DNA of 64,000 bases from Armatimonadota bacterium. Its GTDB lineage: Bacteria; Armatimonadota; UBA5829; DTLH01. Below, one piece after another: positions 48,199 to 57,392 of the stretch. The translations under genes were made by a program, and so were the position numbers. A model generated the notes under the pieces. That model was given only the letters and a program-made list of their open reading frames with translations. It searched no databases and was not told the DNA's origin. Each line of letters starts with the position of its first letter. Within the stretch, counting starts at the first letter, position 1. The DNA lies in assembly GCA_038207085.1 (NCBI GenBank), contig JBBRAE010000004.1, forward strand, positions 64,001-128,000. The letters are read 5' to 3'.

Positions 48199-48634
48199 GT
48201 TCTGTCAGGCCTTTCACCGCTTCCAAAACCTCGGCGCGTTTGTCTCCGAAGCGCACATAAACGCCTCTGTAAGCCTCAAGGCGCGAGTGTCTCGCAAGCG
48301 GACTCAGCTTCACACCCTGGTCGTCTGCATAGACATTCCTCACGTCTTTCCACGCCATCAGGCGCTTGCCGATTGCAGTCGACGCCGAAACGTGGGTTGA
48401 GGTGAAGGTGTAATTCATCGGCAGGAGAAAGTCCGAAAGTGCGCCGAAAAGCGCGAACGCCATCAGCGCCGCAGGAAGCAGGCTGCCATACCAGCCGAGC
48501 GCGAGCACTCCAGTCGCCGCAACCGCACCCAGCACCACCGCAAGCTTTTGCGGCTGTTCTTTCGCGAGATGCACGCGCCAGCGGAGTATCACATTCTCAT
48601 CCCCGACGGCATTGTTCGTTAAGGTATTGCTCAC
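48188..48634 (-). CDS. Two-TM membrane protein with a bacterial PH-like C-terminal domain
   Basis: Two TM helices, then W..V....D..GVKLSP....SRL..YRG. Confidence 0.7.
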   Translation of the reverse strand: MSNTLTNNAVGDENVILRWRVHLAKEQPQKLAVVLGAVAATGVLALGWYGSLLPAALMAFALFGALSDFLLPMNYTFTSTHVSASTAIGKRLMAWKDVRNVYADDQGVKLSPLARHSRLEAYRGVYVRFGDKRAEVLEAVKGLTEHVL

Positions 48635-48901
48635 TTTTTAATGTAGTCGCCCAGATATTATACGCTCAAAGCCACGGTTTTGGCTTCATATTACTCTCGG
48701 ACATTATAGATGTGGTACCCTGGGGTGTCAAGCGAGACGCCAAACTGACCCGCGTTCACATTTTGCGTAGAAATTGGCAACGTGCCTGAGCGTGAAATGG
48801 GGTAATTTGCGAATTTATTCTAATGGATCAGGCGAATAATTGACATATATGCTTTCGACGGCTAAACTTGAATATATCCCATCAGACAAGCGAGACTTCT
48901 T

Positions 48902-50110
48902 ATGAAGGCTGAAGATCAGTTTATTATTAATATTGAAGAGCAGGAGGCGGTCCTCTCGGAAAACGATCACCTCAGGCACTATCTGGGGCACTTCGGCGGC
49001 GCGCTTGTGCTGTTTGGACCGGAATGCGTGGTGCTCTGGACGAACCAGGTGACCGAGCAGCGGTTTGGCATTCCCGGCCCGGTCATCGGGATGAACTGCC
49101 ACGACATGAACCACCACACCCCCGAGCAGTGCGATATCTGTCCGATCGGTCGGGCGCTGGCGACTGGCAACGAGGAGCAGGGGATACTCGACCTTGCGAT
49201 CGCCTCCGGGGAACTGCGAAGCTATGAGATAACCGCCACACCCATTCTCGGTTCGTTTGACTGTGCCGGCCAGGTAATGGCGCTCGCTCGGGACGTCACG
49301 GAACGGGTTCGGGTGGAGCGCGAGCTTCACAAACGCACTGAACGTCTGGAGATACAGAACAAGCGGGTGGTGGAGGCTTCCAAGCAGAAAAGCCGCTTTA
49401 TCGCGAGCCTTTCCCACGAGCTTCGCACCCCGCTCACATCGATCATCGGCTTTAGCCAGATTCTTCTTGAAGACACCGACGACCCACTTTCGTCGGGCCA
49501 GAAGAACCTGCTTGGCAAGGTGAACGGCAACGCAGAGCGGCTTCTCGGCATGATAAACGATCTGCTGGACCTCGCCAAAATGGAGTCGGGCCACCTCTCA
49601 GTCAACACAAGCCGTGTAGACCTCTGCTCACTCATCGCTCAGGTGGTCGACACGATGCAGCCTCTTGTGCGCGGCAAGGAGATCGCCCTTTCGTGTCAGA
49701 CCGACGAGAACCTGCCCATCATCCGCACCGACGAGCAGAAGCTGTGCCAGATACTCGTGAACCTCGTCTCAAACGCGATCAAGTTCACCCCTGAGGGCTC
49801 GGTCACGGTTAGCGCCGGGCTTTTGGGGAGCAAAGTGGCGATTTCCGTCACGGACACAGGAATTGGCATCCGCCGCACCGATTTCGGCAAGATATTTGAT
49901 GAGTTCCATCAAGTCGAAGCCCCGCCTGTCCGTCGCGAAGGCACTGGGCTTGGGCTTGCGATCACCCGGCGGCTAGTCTATCTGCTTGGTGGCGAGGTGC
50001 ATGTCTCAAGCAAGCTCGGAGAAGGTTCTACATTCACAGTGACGCTCCCCGTGTCGCTCAGTCAGTCGATTCTCAATCGCAGGTTTGACGACCAGGCTGC
50101 CGGAAAGTAG
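48902..50110 (+). CDS. PAS domain sensor histidine kinase
   Basis: SHELRTPL, NLVSNAIKFT, DTGIGI, GTGLGL; no TM segment. Confidence 0.95.
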   Translation: MKAEDQFIINIEEQEAVLSENDHLRHYLGHFGGALVLFGPECVVLWTNQVTEQRFGIPGPVIGMNCHDMNHHTPEQCDICPIGRALATGNEEQGILDLAIASGELRSYEITATPILGSFDCAGQVMALARDVTERVRVERELHKRTERLEIQNKRVVEASKQKSRFIASLSHELRTPLTSIIGFSQILLEDTDDPLSSGQKNLLGKVNGNAERLLGMINDLLDLAKMESGHLSVNTSRVDLCSLIAQVVDTMQPLVRGKEIALSCQTDENLPIIRTDEQKLCQILVNLVSNAIKFTPEGSVTVSAGLLGSKVAISVTDTGIGIRRTDFGKIFDEFHQVEAPPVRREGTGLGLAITRRLVYLLGGEVHVSSKLGEGSTFTVTLPVSLSQSILNRRFDDQAAGK

Positions 50111-50193
50111 CAATCAGCCTTTCTCCGTGACTCCGATTGACAATCCACCCGCCCACTGGTAGGATAATTACGCCAACAGTTTGCATTATCCAC

Positions 50194-51171
50194 ATGAAGA
50201 ACAACACCGTCAATCAGGAAACGATCGCGAGGATGCTTAATGTGTCCCGGAGCACCGTTACCAAGGTGCTGAACCACGACCCCGTCTACAGGGTGTCGGC
50301 GGAGACGCGCGAGCTTATCTTGAAGACGGCCGCCGACATCGGGTTTCATCTGCGGCGACGGAGGACGGGGAACATCGGGTTCATCGTCTGTGGCGAGGTC
50401 CATTCGGCGATGCACGAGACGCATCAGGCCGTCTGCGAAGAGGCTGTAGAGCTCGGGTACCGGGTGTTTTTCGTCAATAAGCCTCCGAATCCTACTTATA
50501 GAGACATCAGCCTGTCGGTGAACCCGCTTGCGGCCGACGGGGTGATTCTGATCGGCGACGTACTGCCTGAGGTCGCTTGTCAGTTGAGCATGGTGATGCC
50601 GACGGTGGTCGTCGACCCTTACACGACCATCCCTGATGTTGACAACGTCTGCGCCGACCACGCCCTGCTCTCAAGGCGACTAAACGAGCTCATTATCAGC
50701 TGCGGGCACGAGCGTTATGCGATCATAGTCGACACCCGGAAGGGTCAGCACAACTCGACCGCGCTTGCGGGGTGCAGTGCGGCGCTCAAAGCCGCGGGAC
50801 TCAAGTTCGACAATACGCTGGTCTGGGAGAAGTCCGGCAAGCTCTATCCCAAGCTTATAGCCGATGTGCTCGCTCACCCCGCGAGCCCGACGGCGATCCT
50901 CGCCTTCACCACCTCCGACCACCCAGCGATCCTTTCGACACTTTTTGCGCTCGGGCATCTCGTCCCCGAGCATATCAGCTACGTCGGCTGGGCGACTTCA
51001 TACTTTTCAAGCCTTTCCGCCTTCCCCAAAATCACCTGCCTCGACTCCTACAACCAAGTGATGGCCAAAACCGCCGTCCGCCGCCTTATGGAGCGAATAG
51101 AAACCCGCGACCTGCCGGTCGAGGACATCGTGATAGATGTCGATATCGAGCGCGGGGAGACGCTTTTGTAG
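50194..51171 (+). CDS. LacI family transcriptional regulator
   Basis: IARMLNVSRSTVTKVLN HTH plus sugar-binding-like domain; TTGACA-17-TAGGAT at 50137-50165. Confidence 0.88.
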   Translation: MKNNTVNQETIARMLNVSRSTVTKVLNHDPVYRVSAETRELILKTAADIGFHLRRRRTGNIGFIVCGEVHSAMHETHQAVCEEAVELGYRVFFVNKPPNPTYRDISLSVNPLAADGVILIGDVLPEVACQLSMVMPTVVVDPYTTIPDVDNVCADHALLSRRLNELIISCGHERYAIIVDTRKGQHNSTALAGCSAALKAAGLKFDNTLVWEKSGKLYPKLIADVLAHPASPTAILAFTTSDHPAILSTLFALGHLVPEHISYVGWATSYFSSLSAFPKITCLDSYNQVMAKTAVRRLMERIETRDLPVEDIVIDVDIERGETLL

Positions 51172-51201
51172 ATCAAGTAGGAATTAGGGATTAGCTCCCG
51201 A

Positions 51202-51386
51202 GGATTGGCCTGTGTTGATTCTTTGGGTGGAGCGCACGTTTCGAGAGCCTCAACGTGATTAGATTTAGGTTGATCTATACTTGAGAGATGGTGCCTCGCT
51301 CACCCTTCGACGGACGCTTCGTTGCTCAGGGTGGCGGTTACACATGTCAGGGTGGAGGTACAATCTCTCACACCTCCACCCAAGCC
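51202..51386. repeat. Family A, copy 3
   Basis: Collinear with 1104-1271. Confidence 0.8.
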
Positions 51387-51510
51387 TCCAGTCCCAATCT
51401 AGCGGCTCTTCTTCGCGTTTGACGCTCGTTTGCTGGGATGATATACTTACGTTGCGCTACATCGAAGGTGATGGAGTGTGGCAAATCGTGTTGCGGGAAT
51501 GGAGAGTCGT

Positions 51511-52782
51511 ATGGCGTCATTGTGCGTGCTGGGATTAGGTTACATAGGGTTACCGGTGGCGGCACTGGCTGCTTCGTCCGGCATGGATGTCGTAGGTGTT
51601 GACATCGACCCAGGCATTGTTGACACTCTGTCCCAGGGGCTGATGCACATATCTGAGCCGGATTTGGGAACTCTGGTAGCTAGAGTAGTCTCAGAGCGGA
51701 CGCTGCGGGTGCAGACAACTCATACTCAGTCGGATGTGTTCCTGATCGCTGTGCCGACTCCCGTAAACCATGACAAGACCGCAGACCTGAGCTTCGTCGA
51801 ATCCGCCGTCAGATCGATTGTCCCCTATCTCCAAAAGGGGAACCTCGTGGTCGTTGAGTCGACTATCCCGCCGGGCACTACTGATGGCCTGATCTGCTCC
51901 ATATTGCAGGAATGCGGCCTTCGGGTAGGGATTGATGTTTTTCTCGCATATTGTCCTGAACGGGTGTTGCCGGGCAGGATCCTTGCTGAGTTGGTAGATA
52001 ACGACCGGGTCGTCGGGGGAGTCAACGAAGAATCTTCCGTCATGGCACGCGATTTTTATGTGCGCTTCGTGCGAGGTACCGTGCATATTGATACGGCGAT
52101 CACCGCTGAGATGGTGAAACTGGTTGAAAATGCCTACAGGGACGCGAATATCGCATTCGCAAACGAGCCTTCGCTACTTTGCGACCGACTGGTCACAAAC
52201 GTGTGGAACGTGATTGACATTGCCAACCGCCATCCCCGCGTCAATATACTGAGTCCCGGACCGGGCGTTGGAGGGCACTGCATCGCCGTTGATCCCTGGT
52301 TCCTCGTGGAAAAGGCTCCTGGTATAACTCCGCTGATCAGGACCGCCCGCCAGGTGAACGACAGCATGCCGGAGCATGTGGTGCGGCGGGTCGAAGCTGT
52401 CGTGCCCAGCGGCGCGAAAGTGGCCTGCCTCGGGGTTTCATACAAGGCTAACGTGGGCGACACTCGGGAGAGCCCTGCTATTGAGGTTGTGGAACTCCTG
52501 ACCAAACGCGGTTACTCTGTATTGGCGGTGGACCCGCACGTGGCGGAGCATCGAGGTGTGAGTTTTGCCTCTCTTGAGGAAGCTTTGAACTGGGCCGAGT
52601 GCGTTGTCCTTCTTGTTGATCACCACGAGTTCAGGCTGGTCGATGCCGCTGCACTGGCTGCCAGGATTGGGGCGTCTCGGATCATCGATACCCGGGGCGT
52701 TTGGCTCCGCAGGCATCGTAGTGTCAGCGATTTGCCTTGGGAATCCGGCAGCGTGGCTTCCAAGGTCATCGTATCAGGTTAA
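51511..52782 (+). CDS. wecC: UDP-N-acetyl-D-mannosamine dehydrogenase-like nucleotide sugar dehydrogenase
   Basis: GLGYIGLP, ESTIPPGTT, CPERVLPG, PGPGVGGHCIAVDPWF. Confidence 0.88.
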   Translation: MASLCVLGLGYIGLPVAALAASSGMDVVGVDIDPGIVDTLSQGLMHISEPDLGTLVARVVSERTLRVQTTHTQSDVFLIAVPTPVNHDKTADLSFVESAVRSIVPYLQKGNLVVVESTIPPGTTDGLICSILQECGLRVGIDVFLAYCPERVLPGRILAELVDNDRVVGGVNEESSVMARDFYVRFVRGTVHIDTAITAEMVKLVENAYRDANIAFANEPSLLCDRLVTNVWNVIDIANRHPRVNILSPGPGVGGHCIAVDPWFLVEKAPGITPLIRTARQVNDSMPEHVVRRVEAVVPSGAKVACLGVSYKANVGDTRESPAIEVVELLTKRGYSVLAVDPHVAEHRGVSFASLEEALNWAECVVLLVDHHEFRLVDAAALAARIGASRIIDTRGVWLRRHRSVSDLPWESGSVASKVIVSG

Positions 52783-52861
52783 GCGTGAACCGCCGCTACA
52801 CTTCGGATTACCTCTTAGTCGATGCGGTCAGTGTGGTCGTTTCGCAGTTCGGAAATACTCA

Positions 52862-54319
52862 ATGAGTCTTAAGAAGCAAGCTGTTTTGGGAGCAAAGTGG
52901 ACCGGGTTGTCTATGGGGGTCATAGCTGCTCTCCAGTTTGGACAGGTTGCCGTGCTTGCTCGGTTCCTGTCACCCTCGGAATTTGGTTTGATGGGTATGC
53001 TGCAGGTTGTTGTAGGATTTGCCCAGTCGTTTGCGGATATGGGCATTACAAATGCGATTATCCATAGGCAGTGTGCTACTCGTGAGGAACTCTCAAGTCT
53101 GTATTGGCTGAACGTTTTCGCGGGGTTCGCGACATTCGCATTGGTCGTGTTGTCGATTCCGCTGATCATTGCCATCTTTCATGAGCCTCGATTAAAGACG
53201 CTCGTGATGTGGGTTGCCTTGTCGTTTGTCACTACTCCGTTCGGACAGCAGTTCCAGACACTTCTTCAAAAAGAACTACGGTTCCGTAGTCTAGCGATCA
53301 CGGAGACCACTGGTGTAGCCCTTGGCGTGGTAGTATCGATCATTGCGGCGTTTCATCATGCCGGGGTCTATGCCCTGATCTGGGGTGTGCTTACCAACAA
53401 CATCACCCAGTCGGCGATGCTTGTGGCAATAGGCTGGAGGGAATGGTCTCCGGCTCTGCATTTCCGCCGGGATGATTTACGCGGATATCTAAGCTTTGGC
53501 GCGTACCAAATGGGTGAGCGCAGCCTGAACTATTTCAACCAGCGGTTCGACCAACTGCTGGTCGGTTCGTTCCTGGGAACTGAAGCACTAGGCTACTACA
53601 GTTTGGCCTACAATATTGTGATCCAGCCCGTAATCAGGATAAATCCGATACTGACCAGAGTGGCGTTTCCCGTCTTTGCCAGGGTCCAGGATAACACGGA
53701 AAGACTGCAGAAGGGCTATACCAAACTTATATCCATGCTTTCGTTGATCAATTTCCCGCTCTTGATCGGGCTTGCCGCTATTGCGCCGTCGTTTGTGCCC
53801 GTCGCTTTTGGCGATCATTGGACGAAGAGCGTGGTTCTAATCCAGATTCTAGCCTTTGTTGGGCTCGTGAGGTGCCAAATGAACCCCATAGGCGCTGCGC
53901 TATATGCCAGGGGACGAGCTGATTTGGGCTTCAAGTGGACGCTTTTCCAGACATTACTTCTGATCCCCTGCCTGTATCTCGGTGCGAAGTATTTTGGCGT
54001 TATAGGGATGAGCTTGGTACTGCTTGGCGTTCAGTGTTTGTTCGTGGTGCTCTCCTACCTTTGGCTTTTGCGTCCTGTGATCGGACCGTTTGCGGCGCGT
54101 TATTTTGGAGCATCCGCGCCGGCGCTTGGGGCGGGCGCGATTGCTGGAGTTCTTGTTTCCGGGGTTGTGCGGTTTGTGACAGGCGCGGGCGGTGGAGCTT
54201 TCTCGTCGCTTGTTGCTGGCATTGTTGTTGGCGTCGTATCATATATGTGCATTTGTCTGCTTTGCTTCAGGGAGCAGATACGTGAAATGTGGGAGATCGC
54301 CCGCGGAAGGATTGTGTGA
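52862..54319 (+). CDS. wzx: Polysaccharide flippase (Wzx, WzxC-like)
   Basis: LARFLSPSEFGL, ELSSLYWLN, LGYYSLAY, RVAFPVFA; multi-TM. Confidence 0.9.
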   Translation: MSLKKQAVLGAKWTGLSMGVIAALQFGQVAVLARFLSPSEFGLMGMLQVVVGFAQSFADMGITNAIIHRQCATREELSSLYWLNVFAGFATFALVVLSIPLIIAIFHEPRLKTLVMWVALSFVTTPFGQQFQTLLQKELRFRSLAITETTGVALGVVVSIIAAFHHAGVYALIWGVLTNNITQSAMLVAIGWREWSPALHFRRDDLRGYLSFGAYQMGERSLNYFNQRFDQLLVGSFLGTEALGYYSLAYNIVIQPVIRINPILTRVAFPVFARVQDNTERLQKGYTKLISMLSLINFPLLIGLAAIAPSFVPVAFGDHWTKSVVLIQILAFVGLVRCQMNPIGAALYARGRADLGFKWTLFQTLLLIPCLYLGAKYFGVIGMSLVLLGVQCLFVVLSYLWLLRPVIGPFAARYFGASAPALGAGAIAGVLVSGVVRFVTGAGGGAFSSLVAGIVVGVVSYMCICLLCFREQIREMWEIARGRIV

Positions 54320-54339
54320 TTCCCTGCGATGAAATACAC

Positions 54340-54548
54340 GATCGACGGCGCTATCCGCGCCGTCTCTTAAAGGTCTATCGCGGCGCGAGCGCCGCTGCCG
54401 ACCCCGGTGGCGCAGGCGCCACTGCGACAGCAGCCAAAGGCTGCGAAAGGTCTATCGCGGCGCGAGCGCCGCTGCCGACCCCGGTGGCGCAGGCGCCACT
54501 GTGACAGCAGCCAAAGGCTGCGAAAGGGCTGGCGCTATGCGCCACCGG
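54340..54548 (+). repeat. Family E element containing two tandem 77-bp units (54369-54522)
   Basis: AAAGG recurs at 54369, 54446 and 54523; the units differ by one base; three hairpins per unit. Confidence 0.9.
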
Positions 54549-54559
54549 AGGTTGTTCTG

Positions 54560-54787
54560 TTGCTCAAAGTAGTGTTTGCGGAAACTGTGGACTGGGATGC
54601 CAAGGTTCGGATCGGCAGTCATCATTATGCCAAGTGTTTTCTGGATGCGGAGCACGAGGTGTTGTGGGTTTCTCAGTGCATGCATCCTTTGAGTTTGGCA
54701 ACCGGTGATTTGTCTCGAAGTGGCGCGACGGAAACCAAAATGGCACAAAGTGTTGTTTCGGAGGGGGTGAGCCAGCTCAGTGACTAA
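54560..54787 (+). pseudogene. N-terminal fragment of a glycosyltransferase-like gene
   Basis: GGAGG RBS plus TTG; LKVVFAETVDWDAKVRIGSHHYAKCF...EVLWVS; ends after 75 aa. Confidence 0.55.
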
Positions 54788-56132
54788 CGTAGTTGACTCA
54801 GTTGCCTGCCATGGATTGTGCAGTGGTTGCGGGGTGTGTTCAGGTGTTTGTCCGCGCCAGTCACTTGAGATGATCATCCGCAAAAACGGCGACCCCAGTC
54901 CTCAGTTGTGTGGGCCGTGCGCGGACAAGTGCAGTGTATGCCTATCTGTATGTCCGTTTGCCAAGGAAGTCTATGATCCCAGGCCGACCAATGAAATGCT
55001 TTTTGGAAATGAAACCATACCTGAAGCCGTGTTCCAAGACAACCTGGGTTGGCATCTAGGGTCAGTGCTTGGATACTCTGCCGCTGGTGAACACAGATCA
55101 TCCGCGGCTTCAGGCGGTCTTTTAACCTGGTGTCTGGAGAATCTCCTGAGTCAGGGAATGGTGGACAGGGTCTCCATCGTGCGTTTTCATAGGACGGAAA
55201 ACTCTTTTTTTGAGTTCCAAGAGGCATCTTCCCCTGAAGATATACGTAGCGCCGCCGGAAGCGTCTATCAACCTGTTGAGATATCCTCGCTCATCAGGAG
55301 GATGCTCGCGGAGCCGAATCTTCGATGGGCAGTAGTGGGGGTGCCGTGCTTGTGCAGCGCAATCAGAGCATTACCTCAACTCCGAAACAGCGTGCGTTAT
55401 CTGTTCGGGTTGGCGTGCGGTATGTATCAGAACGTGATGTATACTGAGATGCTTCTCTCAAAGGCGGGGGTTGCTGCAAATGAGGTCGCAGGCATCGGCT
55501 TTCGTGACAAGTCCACAGGTGGCAGGGCAAATAATTACGGATTTGCAGCTTGGGATGAAGCAGGATGTCGGAGTGTGCCGGTTCGGTATCAGGGACTTCC
55601 TTTCTTTCTAGGCAGCAATGGATACTTCAGGCTGGATGCGTGTAACTACTGCAAAGACGTGTTCGCCGAAAGCGCTGACGCCTGCTTTATGGACGCTTGG
55701 CTCCCGGAATGTGTTGCCGATTCAAGGGGAACATCACTTGTCGTTATCAGGAACAAGGAGGTACACAATCTTTTTGCCGCAGGCGTGGCATCCGAAGAGT
55801 TATGTCTGACAGGGGCTGGTGCTAACGATGTGGTGAACAGCCAGGCTAGCCAGGTGCGTCGTAAACAGGAGTTGATATATATGCGCTGCGCCGGAAGCAA
55901 CCCCAGCAAGTGTCGGGAGTATAAAGTAACACTGCTGGAAAGGTGGCAATGGTGGCTGCAACGGCGTACACTCAGGAGAAGCAAGGCGTCCTGGGCCAGA
56001 TTTGGCCGCAAATCGGGTCGGGGCGCATTCTGGATTGCAGTTTTGGATCTGCTGGCGCTGCAGAAAGCCACAGGGCTGCTAATGCGGGCAGTTTCTGCCG
56101 CCAAGTCGCGCTTGGGGGGAGTAGGCAGATGA
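54780..56132 (+). CDS. Coenzyme F420 hydrogenase/dehydrogenase beta-subunit (FrhB)-family Fe-S protein
   Basis: CSGCGVCSGVCP, C..CLSVCP, SGG, GSVYQP, VGVPC, C..C.D.FAE.AD. Confidence 0.88.
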   Translation: MTNVVDSVACHGLCSGCGVCSGVCPRQSLEMIIRKNGDPSPQLCGPCADKCSVCLSVCPFAKEVYDPRPTNEMLFGNETIPEAVFQDNLGWHLGSVLGYSAAGEHRSSAASGGLLTWCLENLLSQGMVDRVSIVRFHRTENSFFEFQEASSPEDIRSAAGSVYQPVEISSLIRRMLAEPNLRWAVVGVPCLCSAIRALPQLRNSVRYLFGLACGMYQNVMYTEMLLSKAGVAANEVAGIGFRDKSTGGRANNYGFAAWDEAGCRSVPVRYQGLPFFLGSNGYFRLDACNYCKDVFAESADACFMDAWLPECVADSRGTSLVVIRNKEVHNLFAAGVASEELCLTGAGANDVVNSQASQVRRKQELIYMRCAGSNPSKCREYKVTLLERWQWWLQRRTLRRSKASWARFGRKSGRGAFWIAVLDLLALQKATGLLMRAVSAAKSRLGGVGR

Positions 56133-57388
56133 TCGCTGATGTGGCTTGTAAGACCTGCGACAGTAACAGACCGTCATTCGTTCTTTATGGCATCTACGGG
56201 GTCTATAACTATGGCTGTGAAGCTATGGTTAGGGGCACTGAGTCCATATTGAGGCAAGTGTGGCCGGATGCTGAGATTCGGTATGCCTCGATGAGTCCTG
56301 AGGACGACCGGAGGCGACTACACGACACGCAGGTCAAGGTCATTGCGAGCCGCCCCTACAGAAAGTTCTCTTTGCGCAATGTGCTTCGCAAGGCAAGCGA
56401 AACTCTGCCGTGGGACGCATTGCTAAGAGCATCGGGGTTTAGATTTGTTGATGGGGCCGATATCGCGATGTCAATTGGTGGCGATCTATATACGCTTCTT
56501 CCAGATGGATCATATAACAAGAATATCCTGCGGTTTGGAGATTATGCCGTGCGCCGGGGCAAGCCTGTTGTCCTTTGGGGAGCCTCCGTAGGACCTTTTG
56601 ATCAAGATTCCAAGATAGAGCGGCTTTTTGCCGAGCACCTGAAGCTAATGAGCCTGATTACCTCTCGGGAGCCGGCATCGACAGCGTATTTGAGTTCTAT
56701 CGGTGTCGAGGACAACGTTGTAGAATGTGCAGACCCGGCTTTCGTTGTACGATCAGATGTCACGTGGGTACCCCGTGGGGATGGAAAGCTCAGGATAGGT
56801 ATGAACTTCAGTCCGCTTGCCACCCGTTCTGCCGGTGAGCAGGCTAATACAGAGGTGATTGCGGGGCGATTTGCCGACACGATTTCTGCTATCATTAGGG
56901 AACTGGACGCGGAAGTGGTGCTTTTGCCTCACGTTGTCAACAGTCTTGACGAATCCGATGATGACCTTCGATTCCTGAAATCAGTTGCCAGACTGGTGCG
57001 GCCTGAAGTCTCTGGAAGGCTATCAGTAGTGGATGATGATCCGGGGTTTCTGGGTGTTAAGAAGGTCATTACCCAGTGTGATCTTGTAGTAGCTGCCCGT
57101 ATGCACTGTGCCGTAAATGCTATGGCGGCAGGCGTTCCCACAATTTTGGTTTCCTACAGCCAGAAATCGGTAGGGATGGCACAGTACGTTTATGGACATA
57201 CGCGCTGGGTGGTTCCGGTTCAAGATGTTTGTGCCAACACTCTGCTGCCAAAGATAACGGACATGCTCTCGCAGCGGGAGGATTTGGCCCGCCATTTCGC
57301 CTGCCGACTTCCGGAAATACAGGCAGATGCCAGGCGGCCGGTAGAAGCCCTGGCTCGTCTCTTGCCTCTGTTGTGCTGCGGAAATTGA
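56129..57388 (+). CDS. Polysaccharide pyruvyl transferase family protein
   Basis: NYGCEA, IGGDLY, GASVGPF, ITSRE, ADPAF, ARMH. Confidence 0.9.
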   Translation: MIADVACKTCDSNRPSFVLYGIYGVYNYGCEAMVRGTESILRQVWPDAEIRYASMSPEDDRRRLHDTQVKVIASRPYRKFSLRNVLRKASETLPWDALLRASGFRFVDGADIAMSIGGDLYTLLPDGSYNKNILRFGDYAVRRGKPVVLWGASVGPFDQDSKIERLFAEHLKLMSLITSREPASTAYLSSIGVEDNVVECADPAFVVRSDVTWVPRGDGKLRIGMNFSPLATRSAGEQANTEVIAGRFADTISAIIRELDAEVVLLPHVVNSLDESDDDLRFLKSVARLVRPEVSGRLSVVDDDPGFLGVKKVITQCDLVVAARMHCAVNAMAAGVPTILVSYSQKSVGMAQYVYGHTRWVVPVQDVCANTLLPKITDMLSQREDLARHFACRLPEIQADARRPVEALARLLPLLCCGN

Positions 57389-57392
57389 TTTT

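Noticed and set aside
52604..52861. N-terminal extensions in the ORF track (also recA, smc, pdxT, AraC, pyruvyl transferase and others)
   Set aside because: They overlap upstream genes or promoters; family motifs and RBSs point to later starts
54369..54522. Possible CRISPR array
   Set aside because: Two adjacent 77-bp units with no unique spacers and no cas genes
54780..56132. F420-reducing hydrogenase
   Set aside because: No large or small hydrogenase subunits or maturation genes; the context is polysaccharide synthesis
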